DNA from: Planctomycetota bacterium
GTDB lineage: Bacteria; Planctomycetota; GCA-002687715; DRQF01
Direction of reading: 5' to 3'
NCBI GenBank assembly: GCA_027001995.1
Contig: JALTLO010000019.1
Span: forward strand, 13,334-48,863
DNA length: 35,530 nt
Below the pieces are notes generated by a model. The model was not told where the DNA came from. It did not search any database and saw only the letters and a program-made list of their open reading frames with translations. This document shows, one piece after another, positions 1 through 8,459 of this stretch (the first letter of the stretch is position 1; the number at the start of each line of letters is the position of its first letter). The translations under genes were made by a program, and so were the position numbers.

Positions 1-2
1 GT

Positions 3-1826
3 ATTCTCCCCCACATGAACCGTCGCCTGACTCAGTATCCCTCGCCGGCCAGCTTGAATCAACAAATCAACGTCTCGAGGTTGAGCTCGGCGGTAAAGAA
101 AAGTCCAGGCATTAAAACGACCCACGGCTGTTTCTTTTCCCTTGCCCTCATAAGCCAAGAGCTTTCTCAAGCTCGGAGCGGCAAACTCTGCGTCATGAAG
201 GCAAAGAGAGTGGGTGACATAGCGAAAAAGAGTGGGTTTTGTCTTGGCAATTTTGACCAAGAAATCTCGAGACCTTTGATTCTTCTGATGGATGAGAGCG
301 TCAATAGCCGCTTCTACTTGCCCCTCCCGCCATTTCCTCTTGGTCGTAGAGGGCTGGGCGGTGGCAGAAAGAAAATTCTCGACCGATACTTGCAGCGCCA
401 TATTGGGTGCTCGTGCTGAGATCTCTTGGCAAATCATCTCCGTGTTTCTAAGAGCCATCAGGTTGTTGGCCAAAAGAGGAAGTTGTTCGGAGGTGTGATT
501 CTTGAGGATGAATTCCTCAAATTTATGACCCCACCATGCACCAACCCCCAGCAACTCAAGCCCCAAAGCTCCTGGTACATCCTCCGATGTCCAGTCTTTC
601 ATGGCCTCCTCGAGAGTCTTCAGGAAGCCCTGAGTTCGAAGCTGGAACTCGTTTGTCATGCCGCTATTCACTTGATCCCGAGTGAGAAAGAAACCCGGGG
701 GCATCTTCTCGACCCAGCCCAAGAAATCGGCAGCCTTACCTCGATTGGCCAAGACCTGACAACGGGGAAGGCCCAACTTCCATACCCGCACAGCGGCCGC
801 GGTTCCCTTTACCCCTATCATGGCGGCAAAGTAGATGTCCATGATCTGAGCATCAGTCAAAGCGATTGTCCTGACCGCATCAATAGCAGAAGAAACAAGA
901 CCCGCATCTTGAGACTGAAAGAGCCGGGCTAAGGGCTTACGAAGCTTCTTGCAGAGATTCGGGTCTGAATTCAAGGCTCCTTTAAATCCAAGAGACCCAA
1001 GGCCAGCCAAGAGTTCTTGGCAAATTCTTGGTTCTTTCCTATGGAATAGGAGCTCGAATTCTGGGGGCGTCAAAGGAAGGGCAACATGAAGGACCATCTT
1101 CAAAGCCATGCTGGCAACTTTCAGATCCTTGTCAGCAAGAAATCGCCGAAACTCCCCCATCAATTTCTTTCTTCGCATTTCCTCGCGTCTAAGTCTCAAT
1201 GTCCGCCCAACCAAGGATTGAACCACAATGCGGCGAAAATAAACGTCTTCATCATCCACAACCGTTGCCATCCAGGCAGCGACAGCAGGCCCGTCGATCT
1301 CCACCAAGACTCTTATGGCATTCTCGACAAAGCCCGCATGACTCTTCTGGGGTCGCAGAACTTTGGTAATAGGCTTGACCGCAGGCTCGCCGATGAGAAT
1401 CAAAGCATCCCGGGAGGGCCCATGGGAACGAAATAGCCCCGGGATAAGCGACTGAATGCGCTTGTTCAAATCCCCTTCAGTTTCATCTTGAGGTTTCCCG
1501 CCCTCAAGAATAATTGTGGCTCTCGCAGCACTCGCACCTGTTCCTTCCGAGGCCAATTGAAAGGCTGCCTTGGCAGCATCCTTGCGCCCCAAACGTCTGA
1601 GAAGGCGGCCAAGGCGATAGTGAGCTGTTGCGCGGATCTCTTCGGAAAGATCCGGGTTAGCACCCGCTTTGCCATAGAGCCCCAAGGCCCGATTCACATC
1701 ACCTTCCAGCTCTTCCGCCTGCACGGCCCTGTCGTAGTCGTTCGCCGGAGGCTGGGATTGTTGACCGGCCTCGGCAGTCCGACAAGTCGAAAAGACGAGA
1801 ATTGCTGCCATCAAAATGTACTTCAC
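3..1826 (-). CDS. Secreted TPR/HEAT-like alpha-helical repeat protein, >600 aa, 3' end beyond the window edge
   Basis: Not in the ORF track because no stop lies in the window. Manual reading shows a stop-free minus frame from GTG at 1826 (GGAG upstream) to position 3. It begins with a signal peptide (MKYILMAAILVFSTCRTAEAG), then TPR-like segments (YDRAVQAEELEGDVNRALGLYGKA; AHYRLGRLLRRLGRKDAAKAAFQLA) and HEAT-like segments (LILIGEPAVKPI; DDEDVYFRRIVVQSL; LADKDLKVASMAL). Confidence 0.85.
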   Translation of the reverse strand, partial: MKYILMAAILVFSTCRTAEAGQQSQPPANDYDRAVQAEELEGDVNRALGLYGKAGANPDLSEEIRATAHYRLGRLLRRLGRKDAAKAAFQLASEGTGASAARATIILEGGKPQDETEGDLNKRIQSLIPGLFRSHGPSRDALILIGEPAVKPITKVLRPQKSHAGFVENAIRVLVEIDGPAVAAWMATVVDDEDVYFRRIVVQSLVGRTLRLRREEMRRKKLMGEFRRFLADKDLKVASMALKMVLHVALPLTPPEFELLFHRKEPRICQELLAGLGSLGFKGALNSDPNLCKKLRKPLARLFQSQDAGLVSSAIDAVRTIALTDAQIMDIYFAAMIGVKGTAAAVRVWKLGLPRCQVLANRGKAADFLGWVEKMPPGFFLTRDQVNSGMTNEFQLRTQGFLKTLEEAMKDWTSEDVPGALGLELLGVGAWWGHKFEEFILKNHTSEQLPLLANNLMALRNTEMICQEISARAPNMALQVSVENFLSATAQPSTTKRKWREGQVEAAIDALIHQKNQRSRDFLVKIAKTKPTLFRYVTHSLCLHDAEFAAPSLRKLLAYEGKGKETAVGRFNAWTFLYRRAQPRDVDLLIQAGRRGILSQATVHVGEN

Positions 1827-1869
1827 TTTCTTTCTCCATAAGGGTTTCTTTGCACCCTCTTATCGCCGA

Positions 1870-1921
1870 AATCTAAAGCGAATTGTCCGGACGGGGTCAA
1901 ACCCATGTCAGGAAATTGTCA
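1870..1921 (-). promoter_or_regulatory. Putative OmpR-family operator (4 direct repeats, 11-bp period) overlapping a candidate promoter TTGACC-N19-TAGATT
   Basis: Plus-strand pentamers TGTCC 1884, GGTCA 1895, TGTCA 1906 and TGTCA 1917 are exactly 11 bp apart. On the minus strand, TTGACC is at 1900-1895 and TAGATT at 1875-1870. Confidence 0.6.
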
Positions 1922-2615
1922 GCTTGTATCCAGCCCCGTGAACAGTCTTGAGAAACTGTGGCTCTTTCGGATTGCCTTCGAGCTTCTTGCGCAGGTTCAA
2001 AATGTGGGTGTCGATGGTTCTGTTAGTGACCGACCCACCCCCCTGCCAAACGTCTTTCAAAAACTGAGCTCGGCTGACGATGCGACCAGCTTCCTGATTG
2101 AGCAGATTAAGCATGGCAGCCTCAATAGGAGTAATTGGCCAGCGTTGCTCACCGCGCCTGATCTCCAACGTCTCCAAGTCAACGAAGGCAGAGCCAATGG
2201 AAAAAGAGGTCACCGGAGCTTCTTGGTGGAGCAAGTCGAATACCCTTTGCTCTTTGCGAATTAAAGCACGTACCCTTGCTTTGAGTTCTCGCAAGCCGAA
2301 GGGTTTGGTGACATAGTCATCAGCACCGAGTTCTAAGCCAAGCACTTTGTCATTCTCGTTACCCCGAGCGGTCAGCAAGACAACAGGGGTTAAGAGCCCC
2401 CTCTCGCGCATGTTCTTGAGGACTTCTAATCCGCCTTTTCTGGGCATCATCAAATCAAGAATCACCAAAGAAAACTGGCCTTCATAAATCACTTCTTCCG
2501 CCGCCACCCCATCGGTGGCCACCACGACATCATAAGAATCCGCAGCAAAGGCATCTTCCAAAGCCATACGTAAAGTGGGATCATCTTCAACGATGAGCAA
2601 GCGATTAAGTGCCAT
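1908..2615 (-). CDS. OmpR/PhoB-family DNA-binding response regulator
   Basis: Receiver domain (LIVEDD, LDLMMP, LTA, GADDYVTKPF) plus winged-helix domain (RTIDTHILNLRKKLE, TVHGAGYKL). Confidence 0.97.
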   Translation of the reverse strand: MALNRLLIVEDDPTLRMALEDAFAADSYDVVVATDGVAAEEVIYEGQFSLVILDLMMPRKGGLEVLKNMRERGLLTPVVLLTARGNENDKVLGLELGADDYVTKPFGLRELKARVRALIRKEQRVFDLLHQEAPVTSFSIGSAFVDLETLEIRRGEQRWPITPIEAAMLNLLNQEAGRIVSRAQFLKDVWQGGGSVTNRTIDTHILNLRKKLEGNPKEPQFLKTVHGAGYKLTIS

Positions 2616-4419
2616 GAGAATTCCTTGAGGGTAGAGTCAATCGAAAGAGCGCCCCTTGAGAGGAATCGCCTGGGGGTTCAATGCAGCGCAAGTCCCCTTG
2701 ATGATCTTGCATGATTCGTCGGGACAAATAGAGCCCCAACCCGACGCCGGGGATACCCCCATGGGCTTGCTTCGCCCCTCTCTTGAAGCGCTCAAAAATG
2801 CTTTCACGGTCGGCGGCTTCAATGCCAGGGCCAAAGTCGCGGATGTCTAAGACGTAAACACCTTCAGCTTGGAATCGGGATGAGATCGATAGGCATTTGC
2901 TACCTTCACTGTATTTCTTCCCGTTCTCCAAGACATTGAGCAACACCTGCACCAAAGCCCCTTGGTCAGCCTCAGCGGTGGCGTCAGGAGCGTTAAGATC
3001 CACAGAAATCATCATGCCATCTTTCTCCGCCAAGGGAGCGAAGAGGGAAACCGCTTCGGCCACGGCTTCGTCCAAGTAAACAAGTCTCTTGTCATAAGCC
3101 CTTTCCCCCCGTTCCATCCTGCCCAAGTCGAGGACATTCTCTAACAGCACACTCAAGCGAACGGACTCGCCGGAAAGTAAACGAAAATATTCTTGTTGGC
3201 GATCTTCATCCGTGACGATCTTGTTTTCCAACATTTCAGCCAACAGACGAATGGACGCTAAGGGAGTCTTCAACTCATGGGTCACACTGGTCAAGAAGTC
3301 ACTTCGAGCCGCCGCCGCGACTGACTCTCTTCGCACCGCCCTCAGGGTTAGGAACAATCCGAGAATGAAAGATAAAGAGACGGCTGCAAGAATAAGGGGA
3401 ACGTAGTTCTTTTTGGCCTGAGATGCGCTCTCGTCGAATTCCCGGGGCAAGAACGATATGAGGGGCAAGTTGCTTATGGCATCAACCGGAGGGTCGGCGC
3501 CGAAATGAATGGACACATCCTCATAGCCCACGAGCCGAGCCAACTCCTTTGGGGGCATGACACAACCAACCCCGCTGCCTTCCTGGCCACTGGGAAAATA
3601 GGCAAGAACCAAGTCAGAAGAACCTTCGAGAAACAAAGGACTCTGCGCTTGGGAGCAAGCCCCGAGATTGCCAGCTACAATCCGAAGACGCGAACGGTGC
3701 TCTGCCGCCTCAAGAACCAGACTACGGGCCTCTTCAATGCCTTGGATTCTCGATGTGCTGACCCGGTCAAAGAATGCCTGGGCTTCGTCGAGGGGAATGG
3801 ATTGCAGATAGGCCAAGCACGAAGGAGAGATTTGTTTCGAGCTCAGAGTCGCCAAGCGGTGAGCCGCTCCTTGATTGGCCAAGGACAGACTTCCTCTGCC
3901 AAACAAATCCTTCAAGAGAGCTTCGCAGCTTGCATCATCTTGAATGCGATAGGCCACCCAAGCAGCTCGGGCCGTTAAGAACGCTTGGTCGTCTGGAGAC
4001 GGGCTCACCGCCACTCGACCTCGGAGGTAGGCTAAGGCACCCTCTCCGTTGCTATCAGCAAATTCCATTCTCTGGGCTTCCCTCACCAACTCTTTGGCAA
4101 GCCAACTGGGGGGAGATTGAGAATTTCGGAATCGCTGGACGTCGATCCACTTGAGATGTTGAGGAACAACAAGAGAGCCGTAGTCATCCAGAGTGAATCG
4201 AGCCACAGGAGGCACTCGGTCAAGAAATCTGGGAGATTGAGCCCGCTGTAAAAAGCTCTTGGCTGCATTGGAAGCCGTACGGTGAGCCTCCAAACGAGCT
4301 AAATTTTGGGCCTCTTGGGCGGTTTCTTCCAAACCCAAGAGACCAAAAGCCACCAACCCCGTGGCTGACAACAGCACCAGAGCAACCAACCGACCCAAAT
4401 GAGACCCAAAGAGTTCCAT
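2605..4419 (-). CDS. Membrane-bound sensor histidine kinase
   Basis: Two TM segments flank a ~310-aa extracytoplasmic domain. H-box VTHELKTPLASIR, N-box NVLENGKKYS, G1 DFGPGI, G2 GVGLGL. Overlaps the response regulator start. Confidence 0.96.
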   Translation of the reverse strand: MELFGSHLGRLVALVLLSATGLVAFGLLGLEETAQEAQNLARLEAHRTASNAAKSFLQRAQSPRFLDRVPPVARFTLDDYGSLVVPQHLKWIDVQRFRNSQSPPSWLAKELVREAQRMEFADSNGEGALAYLRGRVAVSPSPDDQAFLTARAAWVAYRIQDDASCEALLKDLFGRGSLSLANQGAAHRLATLSSKQISPSCLAYLQSIPLDEAQAFFDRVSTSRIQGIEEARSLVLEAAEHRSRLRIVAGNLGACSQAQSPLFLEGSSDLVLAYFPSGQEGSGVGCVMPPKELARLVGYEDVSIHFGADPPVDAISNLPLISFLPREFDESASQAKKNYVPLILAAVSLSFILGLFLTLRAVRRESVAAAARSDFLTSVTHELKTPLASIRLLAEMLENKIVTDEDRQQEYFRLLSGESVRLSVLLENVLDLGRMERGERAYDKRLVYLDEAVAEAVSLFAPLAEKDGMMISVDLNAPDATAEADQGALVQVLLNVLENGKKYSEGSKCLSISSRFQAEGVYVLDIRDFGPGIEAADRESIFERFKRGAKQAHGGIPGVGLGLYLSRRIMQDHQGDLRCIEPPGDSSQGALFRLTLPSRNSHGT

Positions 4420-4425
4420 GGCCGC

Positions 4426-4466
4426 ATTTTAGCTAGACAGCTCAGGGAAATGTCAAGAATGTGTCA
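4426..4466 (-). promoter_or_regulatory. Candidate promoter TTGACA-N19-TAAAAT with an overlapping TGTCA-N6-TGTCA direct repeat; possibly a leaderless transcript
   Basis: On the minus strand, TTGACA is at 4456-4451 and TAAAAT at 4431-4426, only 6 nt before the ATG at 4419, with no Shine-Dalgarno. Plus-strand TGTCA occurs at 4451 and 4462, with a partial GCTCA at 4440. Confidence 0.6.
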
Positions 4467-4486
4467 GGGAGCACAGATTGATCTGA

Positions 4487-6271
4487 TTAGTTTCGCTTCC
4501 TCTTCGGTGCCGGACGCCAAACACGGGCGTAGGATGAAGAGAATCGGCTACGTGAATAGATCCCCCGAACTTTTGGGGCCACAAGAGCGGCTTGGCGATT
4601 ATGGCCAAGAAAGACCCAGGGACAATCCTCCTGAATGATCTTGACCATTCTTTCCAGGATCGCTCCTCGCTTAGGACCTGGAACCAACTTGCTGGACTTT
4701 TTATAGAGAGCCTCGTACTCCTGATTCTCATAGAAACCAACATTAGGGGAGTCTACTGTTTTTCCTGGTTCTGGCCATGAATTGCGGGTAAGCATCATGA
4801 AGAAATTCTCAGAATCTGGGTAGTCCGATTGCCAATAGTTGATGGCGATTTCCGGCTGTCCCAGGCGAATACGCTCGAGCAAGGCCGAATAAGTTTGAAG
4901 GCGTATCTGAATCTTCACGCCGAGCTTCGCCCAAGATTTCTTTAGGGCGACTGTTAAAGCCTTCTCCCAATCGCTACTGCTGGCGGTTTCAAGAACAAAT
5001 TCTGGCAGTCCTTTGCCTTCCGGATAGCCCGCTTCAGCCAAAAGTTTCTTGGCCTTTTCCAAATCCTGTTTGCCGAGCTTCCAGGTGAGGTCCTTGCGAT
5101 TAAAAAGAGGGATCGCTGGAGGGCAAATGTGATTGGCCAGATCAGCCATGCCGATGAAGTAATCCTTCACCAACTGGGAACGATCGAGAGCCAAAGTCAG
5201 CGCATGACGCACTTTCTTCTTGCCCAAGATTCTGTTCTTCATGTTGAAGGAGATGTACTGCAGTTTGTCGTCTTTGGCAGAAAGTAACTTCGTCCGACGA
5301 GGCACTAACTTGGAAATAAGGCGCCCCCGTTTGTTGAGCAAACGTTGAAGTTGTATGGGATAAAGGTCAATGACAGAAAGATCACCATCGTTGAATCGCT
5401 TCTCTTGGATCTTGTTGTCGGGGATCAAGCGAAAACGAACGCCGGCATTCCAGGGCAATGGCCCCATACTCTTACCAGCTTGAGCATCCCAATACTTGGG
5501 ATTGGGTTTGAAGACCAGCTCATCAGCTTTGTTTTGGCTACGGTCCAAGAGATAAGGCCCGGTGCCCACGGGGTGAGTGGAAATCCCGCTGCCGTACTTA
5601 CGAATGGCTTCACGAGGGATGATGGCGAGCCAAGTCATGGTCATCAAGGACGGGAATCGTGAATAGGGAGACAAGAACTTCATCTCAATGCGGTAGTCAT
5701 CGATGACCTTGATGCCTGGAATCTCTTCGGCATAGTCAAGAAAGCCATTCTTAATCGCCCTAGCCCTGGCTCGCCTGGCTCCCAGCAAGTATCCGCCCAG
5801 GTAAGAACCGTAATAGGGTGACTTCGTCTTAGGGTCGATATGGCGCTTGATGACATAGGCGAAATCATGGGCCGTCATAGCTCGCCCTTTGCCATTTTCG
5901 AAACAAGGGTCATCTGCAAAGAAAACATCCTTGCGAAACTGCATTCGTAGTAAAATGCCGTCGTCGTCCAAAGTCGGCAGGGAGACCAAGAGATGGGGCT
6001 CCAGTTGCAAAATGTCAGAATTGGGGTCGCAGCGCAGAGGGGTTTCGTAGAGACAGCGATAAATATTGTCCCAAGGCAGATAGAATTCCTTGTGGGGATC
6101 GAGACGGTCATGGGGCAAATAATAGGCCGCTTCGTTGACAACGAAACTGGGGTCCGGCAGAGTCTGGGCTGGAGAAATCGACCCAAAGAAGCAGGACAAA
6201 ACGAGGAAAATGGCAAGAGTTCTTGTGAAATCCATCGGTGAAATAGTCCAAAAGTTACCGAGTCGTAACAT
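4487..6271 (-). CDS. ABC transporter substrate-binding protein, family 5 (OppA/DppA-like)
   Basis: Signal peptide, LDP, IYRCLYETPL, FADDPCFENGKGRAMTAHDFAY, HPVGTGPY, VRHALTLALDR, AKKLLAEAGYPEGKGLP, WQSDYPDSENF. The start may be the second Met (MDFTRT). Confidence 0.92.
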   Translation of the reverse strand: MLRLGNFWTISPMDFTRTLAIFLVLSCFFGSISPAQTLPDPSFVVNEAAYYLPHDRLDPHKEFYLPWDNIYRCLYETPLRCDPNSDILQLEPHLLVSLPTLDDDGILLRMQFRKDVFFADDPCFENGKGRAMTAHDFAYVIKRHIDPKTKSPYYGSYLGGYLLGARRARARAIKNGFLDYAEEIPGIKVIDDYRIEMKFLSPYSRFPSLMTMTWLAIIPREAIRKYGSGISTHPVGTGPYLLDRSQNKADELVFKPNPKYWDAQAGKSMGPLPWNAGVRFRLIPDNKIQEKRFNDGDLSVIDLYPIQLQRLLNKRGRLISKLVPRRTKLLSAKDDKLQYISFNMKNRILGKKKVRHALTLALDRSQLVKDYFIGMADLANHICPPAIPLFNRKDLTWKLGKQDLEKAKKLLAEAGYPEGKGLPEFVLETASSSDWEKALTVALKKSWAKLGVKIQIRLQTYSALLERIRLGQPEIAINYWQSDYPDSENFFMMLTRNSWPEPGKTVDSPNVGFYENQEYEALYKKSSKLVPGPKRGAILERMVKIIQEDCPWVFLGHNRQAALVAPKVRGIYSRSRFSSSYARVWRPAPKRKRN

Positions 6272-6369
6272 GGCTCTCTGCCATGAGGCGGTAAATCGGT
6301 GATTACAGCTACTTTAAGCAGATTTCGGGCCAAAGGGGAATTCTTTCGGGACGACAGCAATAGTAGGCC

Positions 6370-8253
6370 ATGGCTGTCTATGAATTCTGCATGAGTGACC
6401 CTCAAGCAAGCGCCGACACCCAGGTCGTCATCGCCGATCGTTTCCTGATTAAGGAGCGCTTAGGCGGAGGTGGGCAATCTCGCCTTTATCGGGCCGTAGA
6501 CAGAGAAACCGACCAAGCTGTAGCTCTGAAGATGATCGACCCCCGCGGGCAGGGAAACAGCAATGAAGATTGGCACAGACGCCAACTACGTTTCCGCAGA
6601 GAAGCCAAGATCCTTGAGCAGCTGAAGGATTGCCAACAAGTTGTTCGCTTCATCGCTGCCAATTGTGACGCTCCCATGCCATGGATCGCCATGGAGTTCC
6701 TTGGTGGCCGCCCACTCAGGTCACTCATTGATGATGACCCTGGAAAGATGTCTCTGCCCCGTTTCTTGCTCTTAGCCCAGGACATCGTTCAAGGGCTGAG
6801 GGGCATCCACAAACACCATATTCTGCATCGCGATCTCTCGCCGGAGAATATCTTGGTGATTCGTCACGAGGACCGGAGCATCCATATTCGATTCTTGGAC
6901 TTTGGGATCGGCAAACCCCTCCAGGAAGATGCCCAGCCTGTTACCCAAATGCCAACAATGATGGGAAAACCAGCCTATATTGCCCCCGAGCAAACTCGCG
7001 GCTCTATCTGCGCTGGGTCGGATGTCTACGCCCTGGGGGTGGTGCTCTACGAAATGCTCACGGGCGATCTCCCCATCCGTGTATCCAGCTTTGCGGAAGT
7101 CTCCCGGATCCGCAATGAAGATCCGCTTCCTTTGGTGGCCCACGAAAGCAGCCAGCGAGTCCCAGAGGAATTGCGTTCCCTGATCATGAGCTGCTTGGCC
7201 AAAGTCCCTACCGATCGCCCCACCCTCGACGAACTCTCCGAATGCCTCTGCGACGTCCAAAGACGCCATCAGTCCGGAGAAGAACTGTCGATGGAGTTCT
7301 CCAAATGGGAGATCAGCCACCTCCACGCCAGCCTGGAGAACACCAGAACAGTCCTCGAATCCAAAATGGAAGTCGGCCCCTACAAGACAGAATGGCTGCT
7401 CAATAGTGACGACAATAAGGAGTCATGGCTAGCCAAGGATCCTTCGAACGGCCAAGAAGTCAACTTAGAAATCGTCAAAGGTGAAGCTCAGGCACGGGCC
7501 ATGCGTTTGGGAGCATTCAAGGCTTCCAAGGCGCTCGCCCATGAGAACATTCAAAGAACATACGACTTCGGTGAGCAGCCTACCTTCGTCTGGGGTGCTC
7601 TCGAATTGGTCCAAGGCTCGAGCTTAGGGGCCATCCTTGAGGTTGGCAAAGCCCTTTCTCCTGGCCAGATCTTGCAGATTGGCGAAGGCATTATTGAAGG
7701 TCTGGGTGCCATCCACACTCAGGGTCAAAAACACGGTCGATTAACCCCAGACAGTGTCCTCTTGGACGAATTCGACATGGTCAAGCTGGCCAACGCTGGG
7801 ACGGATCCATCGTATTGCCCCCCGGCCTGTACCATCACTCATGGCGCCCAATCAGCCTGGGCTGCGCCAGAAATCCTCATGGGAACCAAACCCACCGTGG
7901 CCAGCGATTTCTACAGCTTTGGTTGCTTGCTCTACGCCATGATTACCATGGAGAGCCCTTACGAGGGTTCTGATATGGCCCAAGCCTATCAACATCTCAA
8001 CGCCCCGATTCCCCTGGCCCATCAAGTCAACCCAGACCTCAAGCCCCCTGGACTAGCCAAAATCACGACGTGGCTCCTCAACAAGGACCCGGATAAACGA
8101 CCCCAATCGGCGGCTCGCGTGCTACGCCAGTTCCATCGATGTTTCAGCCAAAATGCGCCACCACCGGCAACTGCCCCGGAGGTCAATAATGACTCCGTTC
8201 AGCCAAAACCACAGTCCTTGATGAACCGGATGTTTCATCGCCGCAAGAAGTAA
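6370..8253 (+). CDS. Hanks-type Ser/Thr kinase with a second, degenerate (pseudokinase) domain
   Basis: Domain 1 has GGGGQS, VALK, HRDLSPEN, DFG, YIAPE and DVYALG. Domain 2 has HENI, HGRLTPDSVLL, ANAG, WAAPE, SDFYSFG and KDPDKRP. No TM segment. Confidence 0.93.
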   Translation: MAVYEFCMSDPQASADTQVVIADRFLIKERLGGGGQSRLYRAVDRETDQAVALKMIDPRGQGNSNEDWHRRQLRFRREAKILEQLKDCQQVVRFIAANCDAPMPWIAMEFLGGRPLRSLIDDDPGKMSLPRFLLLAQDIVQGLRGIHKHHILHRDLSPENILVIRHEDRSIHIRFLDFGIGKPLQEDAQPVTQMPTMMGKPAYIAPEQTRGSICAGSDVYALGVVLYEMLTGDLPIRVSSFAEVSRIRNEDPLPLVAHESSQRVPEELRSLIMSCLAKVPTDRPTLDELSECLCDVQRRHQSGEELSMEFSKWEISHLHASLENTRTVLESKMEVGPYKTEWLLNSDDNKESWLAKDPSNGQEVNLEIVKGEAQARAMRLGAFKASKALAHENIQRTYDFGEQPTFVWGALELVQGSSLGAILEVGKALSPGQILQIGEGIIEGLGAIHTQGQKHGRLTPDSVLLDEFDMVKLANAGTDPSYCPPACTITHGAQSAWAAPEILMGTKPTVASDFYSFGCLLYAMITMESPYEGSDMAQAYQHLNAPIPLAHQVNPDLKPPGLAKITTWLLNKDPDKRPQSAARVLRQFHRCFSQNAPPPATAPEVNNDSVQPKPQSLMNRMFHRRKK

Positions 8254-8459
8254 CTCCTCCCAGGCAGTGCAAAAATGAATAGTGCGGGTTAATCCCCCAA
8301 TGGAAAAGAACTTATGGTAAAGTCGTTCGCAAGAATGAATCGGATGAATCGCTCGTTGTTTTAGCCTGTTTTGTCCATGGAATCCCTGGGGTTCTCCGCC
8401 ATCACGCACTTGGCAATCAGGCCTTCCGCACATCGCTGCGAAGAATTTTGGAAAACGGA

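Noticed and set aside
15..1841. Plus-strand ORFs 15..419, 426..932, 1086..1436 and 1488..1841
   Set aside because: All lie in the antisense shadow frame of the long minus-strand TPR/HEAT gene and show no recognisable motifs.
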